This document shows positions 13,815-21,729 of a DNA stretch of 32,000 bases, in pieces. Below the pieces are notes generated by a model, which was not told the origin of the DNA, did no database searches, and was given only the letters and a program-made list of their open reading frames with translations. Position numbers and translations under genes: made by a program. How positions within the stretch are numbered: position 1 is the first letter of the stretch; every line of letters starts with the position of its first letter. The stretch lies in sequence record CM037205.1; one strand, written 5' to 3'.

Positions 13815-14036
13815 CTAGAACACGAAGAGGATCAAGAACGCCATCATGAGCGCGAAAAGCGCGATGGCCTCGGTGAGGGCGAAGCCGAGGATGGCGTACC
13901 CGAAGAGTTGCTTGGTCAGCGAGGGATTGCGCGCCACGGCATTGATAAGCGAGGCGAACACCGTGCCGATGCCCACACCCGCGCCCGCCAAGGCCATGGT
14001 GGCGCATCCAGCACCGATCAGTTTGGCTCCTTCCAC
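13815..14036 (-). CDS. atp9: ATP synthase F0 subunit c (GTG start)
   Basis: (M)[72 protein letters not shown], 73 aa. GTG at 14036 is preceded by AAGAAGGAGCTTCCCA. The internal ATG would remove part of helix 1. Confidence 0.93.
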   Translation of the reverse strand: MEGAKLIGAGCATMALAGAGVGIGTVFASLINAVARNPSLTKQLFGYAILGFALTEAIALFALMMAFLILFVF

Positions 14037-14082
14037 TGGGAAGCTCCTTCTTTTGCCCGGTTCGAGGCGTACCCCGAGGGCT

Positions 14083-14439
14083 TTACAGACGCCGCGCTTT
14101 CGGAGGGCGACATCCATTGTAGGGAACAGGAGTGCGATCCTCCACGGAGAGCACCCGAAGTCCCCCCTGCACCAAACCGGCCAAGGACGCCTCTCGACCG
14201 TAGCCCACGCCCTTGAGTTTGGCGTGAACGCGGTGGCACCCCAGCTGCAGCGCGCGCTGCGCGAGGCGTTCCCCCGCCGCCTGGGCCCCATAGCTGGTGG
14301 ATTTGTGCGCCCCGCGGAACCCCAAGGCACCGCAGGAGGCCCAACAGAGCACGTCCCCCTCGGGTGTCGTGCAAGTGAGGATCGTATTGTTGCGGGTGGT
14401 GTGTACGTGCACCACGCCTTCCCCCGTCCAAGAGCGCAC
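14083..14439 (-). CDS. rps11: ribosomal protein S11 (GTG start)
   Basis: [16 protein letters not shown]...[20 protein letters not shown]...[10 protein letters not shown]...[17 protein letters not shown] matches the S11 consensus. Confidence 0.9.
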   Translation of the reverse strand: MRSWTGEGVVHVHTTRNNTILTCTTPEGDVLCWASCGALGFRGAHKSTSYGAQAAGERLAQRALQLGCHRVHAKLKGVGYGREASLAGLVQGGLRVLSVEDRTPVPYNGCRPPKARRL

Positions 14440-14460
14440 GAGCTCGATTCCTTTTTTGCC

Positions 14461-14814
14461 CTACACCGCCGCCAATCGACGGCGCGCCGTTCGACCGTTG
14501 GTGTGGGTGCGCTGCCCGCGACAGGGAAGACCGCGCGCCAGGCGCTGGCCACGGCGCGTGCCCGCGCGCACCAAGCGCCCGTAGGCCTCCGCGCGCTGGG
14601 CGCGACACGCCGCCCCGGTGGCGTAGGCTGCGTGCACCCACTGGGTCAAACGGTCCAATTGGGCCGCCGAGAGCGCGCCCAAGGGCGTGCGCAGCGAGAG
14701 GCCCAACTGGGCACAAAGCCGAGACACGGAAGCGGGGCCAAGGCCCTCCACCTCTCCCAGGCAGCGTCCGAGCGCACGCGCGGGAGGAAAGTAGCGTTGC
14801 AAAAGATAAATCAC
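14461..14814 (-). CDS. rps13: ribosomal protein S13 (GTG start)
   Basis: The C-terminal part [24 protein letters not shown] matches S13 (G.RH..GLPVRGQRT.TNART). Its position between rpl6 and rps11 matches bacterial operon order. Confidence 0.85.
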   Translation of the reverse strand: MIYLLQRYFPPARALGRCLGEVEGLGPASVSRLCAQLGLSLRTPLGALSAAQLDRLTQWVHAAYATGAACRAQRAEAYGRLVRAGTRRGQRLARGLPCRGQRTHTNGRTARRRLAAV

Positions 14815-14863
14815 GCGAGTTTTCGTTTCTTCCCGGAAGAGAGACCGCCTTGAAGGCGGGACC

Positions 14864-15400
14864 TCACGCGCGCGTGCGCTTGCCCGCCTTGCGGATCAGA
14901 GGGCGCGCATCCCAGCACACCCCCTTGCCCGTGTAGGGATTGGGCGGGCGGAGCGCCACCAGACGGGACGCCCACTGCCCCACCACCGAGGCGTCCACCC
15001 CCAGAAGACGCACTTGCGTGGGCGAAGGGCACACCGCCGCCAGGGAGCGAGGCAGGTCCACGCGGTAGTCGCAGCTGTGCCCGAGGCGCAGGCGAAGGGA
15101 CTGCGCACCCGGAAGCCCTTGGGTCTGCGCGCGAAAGCCCACCCCGCGGAGCTCCAGGGAGACCAAACAGCCGTGCTGCACACCGGCCAATGCGCGGGTC
15201 AAACGGCGGTGCAGGGCAGCCGCCCCCTCCCCGCGCAGGTGCAGGGTGCGCTGGGGGGCGTCCCAGCGATACTGCGTCGCCTCAGGCCCGAGGGGCAGAG
15301 CGCAGCGTCCCAGCGGGCCCTCCACCACCCACGCTCGGGCGGTGCGTTGGAGGTGCACCGCGGGGGGCAAGGACAGCGCGGTCAAGGGAGAGCGGAACAT
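14864..15400 (-). CDS. rpl6: ribosomal protein L6
   Basis: 178 aa from the ATG at 15400, preceded by AAGGAGGCATTCGCT. LELRGVGFRA, LRLGHSCDY and RPPNPYTGKGVCW match L6 (G.GYRA, LG.SH, .PEPYKGKGI.Y). Confidence 0.85.
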   Translation of the reverse strand: MFRSPLTALSLPPAVHLQRTARAWVVEGPLGRCALPLGPEATQYRWDAPQRTLHLRGEGAAALHRRLTRALAGVQHGCLVSLELRGVGFRAQTQGLPGAQSLRLRLGHSCDYRVDLPRSLAAVCPSPTQVRLLGVDASVVGQWASRLVALRPPNPYTGKGVCWDARPLIRKAGKRTRA

Positions 15401-15429
15401 AGCGAATGCCTCCTTCTTGAGGGCCTCCC

Positions 15430-15807
15430 TCAGGAGGCGTCCAGGCGGCACAGCACCTCCCCTCCGACCCCCAAGGTGCGGGCGCGACGGGCCGAGAGCA
15501 GGCCACGGCTGGTGGAAAGGATCCAGTCCCCTCCAGGGCGTCGTTGCAACTGGCGCTGCGTCCAGTACACGCGACCGCCGGGTTTGGAGATGCGCACCAG
15601 GCGCGTCCAGGCGGGCACCCCGTCGGCGCCGCGCGCCAGATGCGCGACGAGACGGGTGCCCTCCAATCGAAAGCCACGGATCCAACCTTCCTCTCGCAGG
15701 ACGCGCAGTAGGTCCCAGGCAAAGGTGGAAGGCAGGAGTGAGGCTTGGGCACTTCCGGCACGCACCGCGTGCTGAAGGGCCGTGTACAAGCGATGGGGCG
15801 TATCCAC
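15430..15807 (-). CDS. rps8: ribosomal protein S8 (GTG start)
   Basis: LREEGWIRGF, RISKPGGRVY, ILSTSRGLL and GVGGEVLC match S8. GTG at 15807 is preceded by TAAGGAGGACGCTTC. Confidence 0.82.
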   Translation of the reverse strand: MDTPHRLYTALQHAVRAGSAQASLLPSTFAWDLLRVLREEGWIRGFRLEGTRLVAHLARGADGVPAWTRLVRISKPGGRVYWTQRQLQRRPGGDWILSTSRGLLSARRARTLGVGGEVLCRLDAS

Positions 15808-15819
15808 GAAGCGTCCTCC

Positions 15820-16113
15820 TTACCAGCTCGTACGGTGGAGGCCAGGCAACCACCCCCGAGCGGCCAAATCGCGCAGGGCGATACGGCTCAAACGGAACGC
15901 GCGCAGCACCCCACGCCCGCGACCCGTCCACAGGCAACGGTTGCGCAGGCGTCCCGCCGTTCCCTCCCCACCAAGGGTGCTCAGGGCTTCCTGCGCGCGC
16001 AGGGCGCGCGGGCCCGGCCCCGAAAAGCGCAGGGTCTTCCACACCAGACGGGTCACTTCGGTGCGGCGCAGCGCGCTACGGCGCCTGCGGTCGCGTCGCA
16101 GGGCGTGATGCAT
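15820..16113 (-). CDS. rps14: ribosomal protein S14
   Basis: The C-terminus RLRNRCLWTGRGRGVLRAFRLSRIALRDLAARGWLPGLHRTSW matches the S14 consensus (RNRC..TGR.RG....F.LSRI..RE.A..G.LPG..K.SW). ATG at 16113. Confidence 0.87.
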   Translation of the reverse strand: MHHALRRDRRRRSALRRTEVTRLVWKTLRFSGPGPRALRAQEALSTLGGEGTAGRLRNRCLWTGRGRGVLRAFRLSRIALRDLAARGWLPGLHRTSW

Positions 16114-16663
16114 GGGACCTTCCTTTCTCCTGCAGGGGAATCTGCCAAGCGCTGAGCAGGGTGCCCAGCCCGCGAGGCGGCGAGACGCGCACCTCCAGAT
16201 CCGCGCCGGGCCCCCCCCAGCGACGGGTTTCCTGCGCCTCGAAGACGCTCAAACCACCCCACCCCCCGCCGAGACGAAGGGCCAATCGCCCCCCCAGAGC
16301 GGGGGAAACGGAAAGGGGTTGAAAGTGATCCTCCCGTGGCCAACGCTCGTGCACCAGCTGTTCGAGCAGGCGCAGGGCGCGGGTGCCGCGCAGCGTGGTG
16401 CGTCCCCCCAAGGGAACACCGGTGCGCAGACCGAAGCTCGCACAGGCACGGCGCGCACGCAGCACCTGGGGGTGCTGCCCCGTCCACAGCTCCAGGGCGA
16501 GCAGGGGAGGCAGGAGGGCGCGCCGATCCTGAGCGGCGGCCCCGAAGCTGAGGTGCACCGTGACCCGATCCAGGCGAGGCACCTGGTGCAGGTGAGCGCA
16601 CTGATGTTTCAGGAGCAGATCGGGGCAGATCACCGCCCGATAGTACCAATCCCAACGGTGCAT
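16076..16663 (-). CDS. rpl5: ribosomal protein L5 (3' end overlaps rps14 by 38 nt)
   Basis: 195 aa from the ATG at 16663. VPRLDRVTVHLSFG, LWTGQHPQVLRARRACASFGLRTGVPLGGRTTLRG and a Gly-rich C-terminal part fit L5. Its position between rpl14 and rps14 matches the bacterial spc operon. Confidence 0.83.
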   Translation of the reverse strand: MHRWDWYYRAVICPDLLLKHQCAHLHQVPRLDRVTVHLSFGAAAQDRRALLPPLLALELWTGQHPQVLRARRACASFGLRTGVPLGGRTTLRGTRALRLLEQLVHERWPREDHFQPLSVSPALGGRLALRLGGGWGGLSVFEAQETRRWGGPGADLEVRVSPPRGLGTLLSAWQIPLQEKGRSHASRPATRPQAP

Positions 16664-16740
16664 GGACGATGATTCCTTTTTCCCCTGAGGGAGAGGAGGG
16701 AAGTGCGGCTGCGCGCTCGGGGCGACGCTTCGCACCTCCT

Positions 16741-17127
16741 TCAAAGCAGACTGGAGGCTAGGGAGAGGAGCTTGCGGTGGCCCGCAGCGCGCAGTTCCCA
16801 CCCCAAAGCGCCGGCGATTCGCGTGCCGGCCGGTTGCCCCTGCGGCGTCAGGAGCACCACCCAGGTCTTGGGTCGAGGGGCGCCCCCACCCGCGCCCGGC
16901 GCGCGCCAGGCACTGCCGTCGCGGCGCAGGGTGGCGCGCGCTTGGCGCACCACGAGGGCACGGTGCACGGTGCCGCGCTTCACCTTGGCGCCGCGCGACA
17001 CGGCACAGATGGACACCACCACCTCCTGGCCCAAGGCGGCGCGCGGACGCCCGCGCAGCACCTGGATGCAACGGACGCGCGTGGCGCCGGAGTTGTCCGC
17101 CACTTGAGCTTGGGTTCCTACTTGCAT
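16741..17127 (-). CDS. rpl14: ribosomal protein L14
   Basis: [24 protein letters not shown]...VKRGTVHRALVVRQ...RRDGS...PAGTRIAGALGWELR...KLLSLASSLL. ATG at 17127. Confidence 0.9.
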   Translation of the reverse strand: MQVGTQAQVADNSGATRVRCIQVLRGRPRAALGQEVVVSICAVSRGAKVKRGTVHRALVVRQARATLRRDGSAWRAPGAGGGAPRPKTWVVLLTPQGQPAGTRIAGALGWELRAAGHRKLLSLASSLL

Positions 17128-17543
17128 GGGAGGGTCCTTCTTCGATGCACCAAGCGCGTCGGCACCGCCGTGCGGTGTCCCAGCGCCTCCGCCACGCGCT
17201 TCGCGTGTTCCAGGGAGAGGCCTTCCATCTCGACGAGCACCTGCCCTGCTTTCACGTAGGCCACCCAACGATCGAAAGCGCCCTTGCCCTTGCCCATGCG
17301 CACCTCGGCAGGTTTGCGCGTGCGAGGGAGTTGAGGAAAGATGCAGAACCAGAGTTGCCCTCCGCGCTTGCAGCGCCGATTGAAAGCGCGGCGCAGGGCT
17401 TCCAGCGAAGAAGCTTCCAGACGGCCTGCGCGCAGCGCCACGAGTCCGTACTGGCCTCGACCCAGGGCGCAGCGATTGGCGGCGATTCCGCCGGAGCGTC
17501 CCTTGTGGGCCTTTTGGGAGGTCCAAGCCTTAGGCGTCCACAC
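17118..17543 (-). CDS. rpl16: ribosomal protein L16 (GTG start; overlaps the rpl14 start by 10 nt)
   Basis: (M)[15 protein letters not shown]...GQYGLVAL...[10 protein letters not shown]...[44 protein letters not shown] matches the L16 consensus. Confidence 0.9.
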   Translation of the reverse strand: MWTPKAWTSQKAHKGRSGGIAANRCALGRGQYGLVALRAGRLEASSLEALRRAFNRRCKRGGQLWFCIFPQLPRTRKPAEVRMGKGKGAFDRWVAYVKAGQVLVEMEGLSLEHAKRVAEALGHRTAVPTRLVHRRRTLPCK

Positions 17544-18513
17544 GGTGTTCCTCCCCTCTCGCGCGCGCCACCGGTGATGCGGCCGGAGGCGAGCGATGCG
17601 CTTGCCCCCTTCCGGGGGAGCGGGGCGACTCCCCCATTCCAGGGGAGCGGGGCGCGTACCCGAGCCACACCTTCACCCCCAGGGTACCCTGGGCCGTGTA
17701 GGCTGTCCCCGCCGCGTAATCCAACGCCGCGTGCAAGCTCTGCAGTGGCGTGCGTCCCCAGCGCCAAACCTCGCGGCGCGCCAGTTCTGCCCCCTGCAGA
17801 CGACCGCTGCAGCGACAGCGAATGCCCTGCACCTGCGGCGAATCGGCGAGGGGACGCAGCAGTTGGCGCTGAATCCAACGCCAGGAACGCTGTTGCTCCA
17901 GGGCGCGCACCACCTGTTCGCACACCCACTGCGCGCTCTGTGCCGGCGAGGCGCCGCGCCACACCTGCACCTGAGCGGATCCACCCAGGGCACGCGTCAG
18001 AGTGCGCTCCACCTGGGTGAGGGAGGCGGCGCCTGGCCCGAGGTTGGCGCCTCCGCGCGGCCCACTCTGCGCGGTATGGCCGCTCGGCCAAGGGCGGCCG
18101 CCCGGTCGTCCTTCGGGGTGCAGGCGGCGTTGCAACCAGCGAGAGGACCAGGTCGCGGAGACGAGGCTGCGGTCGTGCAGGATCCCCTCCAGGGTCCAAC
18201 GGGTGGGGTGGGGGCGCGGGGCCCCCACTTGGGGAAGGGTGGACGGGACGGCGGGTCGAGGCGTGCGGCCGCGCCCTCCGGCAGGGCTGCTTTCCAGGTG
18301 AAGCGCGCTCCACAGGCGAAGCTGTCCCGGCGCGAAGTGAAGGACCGAGCGGCCCGGACCGCACTGGGCGGCGCGCCACACCTGTTCCAGGTAGTGTCGC
18401 ACCTCCAACTGGGCTTTCACCAGTTGGGGCGAGTGGGTCCCGCTCCACCCCAGGGTGTCCCAGCTGCGGGACACGCCCAGGCGAAAGGCCACGGGGTGAA
18501 TCTTGTGGGCCAC
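17530..18513 (-). CDS. rps3: ribosomal protein S3 with a long low-complexity internal expansion (GTG start)
   Basis: The N-terminus is (M)[22 protein letters not shown]. The C-terminal domain is [54 protein letters not shown]. About 90 Pro/Arg/Gly-rich residues lie between the two domains. Confidence 0.87.
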   Translation of the reverse strand: MAHKIHPVAFRLGVSRSWDTLGWSGTHSPQLVKAQLEVRHYLEQVWRAAQCGPGRSVLHFAPGQLRLWSALHLESSPAGGRGRTPRPAVPSTLPQVGAPRPHPTRWTLEGILHDRSLVSATWSSRWLQRRLHPEGRPGGRPWPSGHTAQSGPRGGANLGPGAASLTQVERTLTRALGGSAQVQVWRGASPAQSAQWVCEQVVRALEQQRSWRWIQRQLLRPLADSPQVQGIRCRCSGRLQGAELARREVWRWGRTPLQSLHAALDYAAGTAYTAQGTLGVKVWLGYAPRSPGMGESPRSPGRGQAHRSPPAASPVARARGEEHRVDA

Positions 18514-18517
18514 GGCG

Positions 18518-18769
18518 TCACTTCTTTTTTCGGCGGTGCTGGGGCAAGCGGCGCGTGGCGCAGAATTCTCCCGCCTTGTGCCCGATCATGTTCTCCTCCA
18601 CCTGGAGGGGGTGAAAGCGCCGCCCGTCGTGCACCTGCAGTCGCAGGCCCACCCAGGACGGCAGCAAGGTAGCCCAGCGCGCGACCCGCGGAGAGGCTTG
18701 GGAAGCCTCGACGGAGACGGCGGGGCCTCGAGGATCCCAGGTCGGTCCCTTCCAACTGGCGCGTGTCAC
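18518..18769 (-). CDS. rps19: ribosomal protein S19 (GTG start inferred)
   Basis: (M)[12 protein letters not shown]...[44 protein letters not shown], 83 aa. There is no ATG near the conserved SWKGP N-terminus. GTG at 18769 is preceded by GAGAAAGAGAGGCTCGAC. Confidence 0.85.
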   Translation of the reverse strand: MTRASWKGPTWDPRGPAVSVEASQASPRVARWATLLPSWVGLRLQVHDGRRFHPLQVEENMIGHKAGEFCATRRLPQHRRKKK

Positions 18770-18785
18770 GTCGAGCCTCTCTTTC

Positions 18786-19208
18786 TCAATGCAGGGCGGT
18801 GCCGTGGTGCAGGGTGGCGCGCACCTCCACCCCCACCCACTCCACCTGACGCAGACCCTCCCACAGGAGGGCCAAGCGTTGAGGCGAGGCCCCTTCCCAG
18901 CGGCACAGCACCTGAGCCGTGTGGAGGGCCCAGGCGTCGCGCGCCGTTTTGTGCACGTGGGGGGAGCGAAGCACGCTCCAGCGACGACGTCGCGTGGGGG
19001 GCGTGGCCTGGCGCGGCGCGTCCAAACCGAGGGCTTGGGCGCAGCGCAAGGCCTGGTCGAGGGCGCGCTGCAGCGGTGCACCGGGCGCTCCGCGCAGGCG
19101 CACTTGAAGGCACTCGCCCCGATCCTCTCGGGGAAGGGGCAGCCCGCGCCCAGGGCGCGAGACCGGGGAGCGCGAAGTCCCCGCGCTTGGACGCTTGCGC
19201 GACACCAT
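18786..19208 (-). CDS. rps10: ribosomal protein S10
   Basis: LQVRLRG...PLQRALDQALRCAQALG...RRWSVLRSPHVHKTARDAWALHTAQVL...VEWVGVEVRATL fits S10 (tvlrSPhv.K.sr.q.E...h.R). ATG at 19208. It sits at the head of the r-protein cluster, as in the bacterial S10 operon. Confidence 0.8.
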   Translation of the reverse strand: MVSRKRPSAGTSRSPVSRPGRGLPLPREDRGECLQVRLRGAPGAPLQRALDQALRCAQALGLDAPRQATPPTRRRRWSVLRSPHVHKTARDAWALHTAQVLCRWEGASPQRLALLWEGLRQVEWVGVEVRATLHHGTALH

Positions 19209-19235
19209 GGGTGACCTGTCCTTTTCACGGCCTGC

Positions 19236-19345
19236 GCCCGGGGGGCTTGACTTGGCCTACGCCCGGGGGGCTTGACTTGGCCTACGCCCGGGGGGCTTGA
19301 CTTGGCCTACGCCCGGGGGGCTTGGGTCGGCTTACGCCCAGGGGG
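19236..19345. repeat. tandem repeat, 25-nt unit GCCCGGGGGGCTTGACTTGGCCTAC x about 4.4 (last units degenerate)
   Basis: Units at 19236, 19261 and 19286 (perfect), 19311 (diverged) and a partial unit at 19336. It lies immediately upstream of rps10. Confidence 0.9.
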
Positions 19346-19354
19346 TGGCAAAAG

Positions 19355-19415
19355 CCTGCGCCCTGTGGGCTTGGAAACAGCCTGCGCCCTGTGGGCTTGG
19401 AAACAGCCTGCGCCC
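19355..19415. repeat. tandem repeat, 26-nt unit CCTGCGCCCTGTGGGCTTGGAAACAG x2.3, running into the trnT 3' end
   Basis: Units at 19355-19380 and 19381-19406, with a partial unit at 19407-19415. The string AGCCTGCGCCC, which forms the 3' acceptor strand of trnT at 19405-19415, recurs in each unit. Confidence 0.88.
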
Positions 19416-19476
19416 GGGGTCGAACCGGGGACCTCTCCCTTACCAAGGGAACGCTCTGCCCCTGAGCTACGCGGGC
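19405..19476 (-). tRNA. trnT: tRNA-Thr (GGU)
   Basis: GCCCGCG TA GCTC AGGGGCA GAGC G TTCCC TTGGTAA GGGAG AGGTC CCCGG TTCGACC CCGGG CGCAGGC T. There is one C4/A69 mismatch in the acceptor stem. Confidence 0.82.
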
Positions 19477-19530
19477 GTCCTTGCCCGGTGGCGCGAGGCG
19501 TCCCCTTTTTTGCTTCCCCCAAGAGAGGCC

Positions 19531-19602
19531 TGGAGACGGTCGGACTCGAACCGACAGCTTCATGCGTGCAAAGCATGCGCTCTTCCATTGAACTACGCCC
19601 CC
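19531..19602 (-). tRNA. trnA: tRNA-Ala (UGC)
   Basis: GGGGGCG TA GTTC AATGGAA GAGC G CATGC TTTGCAC GCATG AAGCT GTCGG TTCGAGT CCGAC CGTCTCC A. The G3:U70 identity pair is present. Confidence 0.88.
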
Positions 19603-19662
19603 GCCCGTGAACGAGGGACGCTTTCCCCTTTCAAGGGAAGCGCCTCCTCGCTCGGACCTTTT

Positions 19663-19753
19663 CGGAGAAGGTGGGATTCGAACCCACGGTGCCGCGCGAG
19701 CGCAGCACATCGATGTAGCAAACCGACGCCTTCGGCCCCTCGGCCACTCCTCC
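19663..19753 (-). tRNA. trnS: tRNA-Ser (GCU), class II
   Basis: The acceptor pair is GGAGGAG/CTTCTCC with discriminator G. The anticodon arm is TCGGT TTGCTAC ATCGA. It has a long GC-rich variable arm, and the T arm is GTGGG TTCGAAT CCCAC. Confidence 0.85.
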
Positions 19754-19775
19754 GCTCAGCAAGGAAGCCCCCGCC

Positions 19776-20972
19776 ATGGCTCTGCAACGCCCCGCGCCCC
19801 TCACCAAACTCCAGCACTTTACGCTCAACTTTGGCCCTCAACACCCCGCCGCCCACGGCGTGCTCCGCCTGGTGCTGGAGATGCGCGGGGAAGTGGTGGA
19901 GCGCGCCGACCCCCACATCGGCCTGCTGCACCGCGGGACGGAGAAGCTCATCGAGTACAAGACCTACACCCAGGCTCTGCCCTACTTCGATCGCCTGGAC
20001 TACGTCTCCATGATGGCGCAGGAACACGGCTACTCCTTGGCCGTGGAGCGACTGCTGCGCTGCACCCCGCCCCCGCGCGCCCAGGCGCTGCGGGTGCTCT
20101 TTCACGAGCTCACTCGATTGCTCAACCACCTGCTCGCCCTCACCACCCACGCCATGGACGTGGGGGCCTTGACGCCCTTCCTCTGGGCCTTCGAGGAGCG
20201 CGAGAAACTCATGGAGTTCTACGAGCGGGCCTCCGGGGCACGCATGCACGCGGCCTACGTGCGCCCGGGGGGCGTCGCAGCGGATCTTCCGTTGGGCTTC
20301 TGCGAGGACCTCGCGCGCTTCACGCAGCAGTTCGCCTCGCGCTTGGATGAGCTGGAGGAGATGCTCACCACCAACCGCATCTGGAAACAGCGCCTGGTGG
20401 ACGTGGGCGTGGTCTCCGCGCGGGAAGCCCTCGCCTGGGGATTCAGTGGCGTCATGCTGCGCGGCTCCGGCGTGGCCTGGGATCTGCGCCGCACGCAACC
20501 CTACGACGGCTACGAGCACTACGCCTTCGACGTCCCCTTGGGCACCCGGGGCGACTGCTACGACCGTTACCTGTGCCGCATGGAGGAGATGCGCCAGAGC
20601 TTGCGCATCCTGGCCCAGTGTTTGCAGACCTTGCCGGAAGGGCCTGTGCGCACCGAAGACCACAAGCTCACGCCCCCGACGCGCAGCGCCATGAAGCGCT
20701 CCATGGAGGCGGTGATTCACCACTTCAAGCTCCACACCGAAGGCTTCGCCGTGCCCGCACGAGAGACCTACGGAGCCGTGGAGGCGCCCAAAGGGGAGTT
20801 CGGGGTGTATCTGGTGAGCGACGGGGGACCTCGCCCCTACCGCTGCAAGATCCGCGCACCCGGATTCTACCACCTTCAGGGCCTGGACTTCATGGCCCGC
20901 GACCACATGCTGGCCGACGTGGTGACCATCATCGGCACCCAGGACATCGTGTTCGGAGAAGTGGACCGCTAA
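19776..20972 (+). CDS. nad7: NADH dehydrogenase subunit 7 (49-kDa subunit)
   Basis: 398 aa with [50 protein letters not shown]... and ...[12 protein letters not shown] at 19776, TAA at 20970. Confidence 0.97.
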   Translation: MALQRPAPLTKLQHFTLNFGPQHPAAHGVLRLVLEMRGEVVERADPHIGLLHRGTEKLIEYKTYTQALPYFDRLDYVSMMAQEHGYSLAVERLLRCTPPPRAQALRVLFHELTRLLNHLLALTTHAMDVGALTPFLWAFEEREKLMEFYERASGARMHAAYVRPGGVAADLPLGFCEDLARFTQQFASRLDELEEMLTTNRIWKQRLVDVGVVSAREALAWGFSGVMLRGSGVAWDLRRTQPYDGYEHYAFDVPLGTRGDCYDRYLCRMEEMRQSLRILAQCLQTLPEGPVRTEDHKLTPPTRSAMKRSMEAVIHHFKLHTEGFAVPARETYGAVEAPKGEFGVYLVSDGGPRPYRCKIRAPGFYHLQGLDFMARDHMLADVVTIIGTQDIVFGEVDR

Positions 20973-21036
20973 AAGTACCCCCCGAGGGCCAGTGGGGACA
21001 CGTTTCTCCTCCTTGGGGGGGCGGTTCCCCCCACGC

Positions 21037-21108
21037 GGGCGATTGGCTCAATGGTAGAGCATCTCGTTTACACCGAGAGGGGTAGCGGTTCGAGTCCGTT
21101 ATCGCCCA
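21037..21108 (+). tRNA. trnV: tRNA-Val (UAC)
   Basis: GGGCGAT TG GCTC AATGGTA GAGC A TCTCG TTTACAC CGAGA GGGGT AGCGG TTCGAGT CCGTT ATCGCCC A. Confidence 0.88.
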
Positions 21109-21146
21109 AGACACGGCGGGGTTCCCCCTGGGAGGCGGGGACCTGC

Positions 21147-21220
21147 GGGGAAATAGCTCAGTGGGTTAGAGTGCTGGCCTGTCACGCCAGAGGCCGCGGG
21201 TTCGAGCCCCGTTTTTCCCG
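21147..21220 (+). tRNA. trnD: tRNA-Asp (GUC)
   Basis: GGGGAAA TA GCTC AGTGGGTTA GAGT G CTGGC CTGTCAC GCCAG AGGCC GCGGG TTCGAGC CCCGT TTTTCCC G. Confidence 0.88.
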
Positions 21221-21268
21221 CCCCGCTTCGGCCCTGCGGGCCACACGCGCGACAAAGGACGGTGCATC

Positions 21269-21622
21269 GTGGTGGAATTTCTCCCCCTTCTGTGGTACTT
21301 GGCCCTGAGTGGGGGCCTCGCCCTGTTGCTCCTCGGGCTGTCCTTCCTTCTGGCCACCCAACGGGGGGACGTGGAGAAGACGTCGCCCTACGAGTGCGGG
21401 TTCGACCCCTTCGAGGACGCGCGCGGGCGCTTTGACATCCGCTTCTACCTGGTGGCGATCCTCTTCCTGGTTTTCGACCTGGAAGTGACCTTCCTCTTTC
21501 CCTGGGCCCTTTCCCTGGCGCAGGTCGGGCGCTTCGGCTTCGGCGTCATGGCGCTCTTCCTGGGCGTGCTCACCCTGGGCTTTCTCTACGAGTGGCGCAA
21601 GGGCGCCCTGGAGTGGGAGTGA
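21269..21622 (+). CDS. nad3: NADH dehydrogenase subunit 3 (GTG start)
   Basis: 117 aa with SPYECGFDPFEDARGRFDIRFYLVAILFLVFDLEVTFLFPW. The codon at 21269 is GTG, there is no nearby ATG, and ACAAAGGAC lies upstream. TGA stop. Confidence 0.93.
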   Translation: MVEFLPLLWYLALSGGLALLLLGLSFLLATQRGDVEKTSPYECGFDPFEDARGRFDIRFYLVAILFLVFDLEVTFLFPWALSLAQVGRFGFGVMALFLGVLTLGFLYEWRKGALEWE

Positions 21623-21729
21623 GCGCCGGCGCGTCGCGAGCCCGCCCCACCCCCCCTCGGGGGTGTTCATTGTGGAAGGATTTATACTTTGGCCGGGGGC
21701 ACGAGGCCCCCAGCGGGTTTCGGTGGCGC

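Noticed and set aside
19236-19415. CRISPR-like appearance of the short direct repeats, here and at 8264..8359 and 30160..30340
   Set aside because: The units are contiguous tandem copies with no unique spacers of constant length. There are no cas genes, and the context is mitochondrial. They are slippage or recombination repeats.
19593-20906. 437-aa ORF on the minus strand, and the 512-aa ORF at 21592..23130 on the plus strand
   Set aside because: They lie antisense to nad7 and atp1 respectively. They show the same GC-driven open-frame effect and have no conserved motifs.
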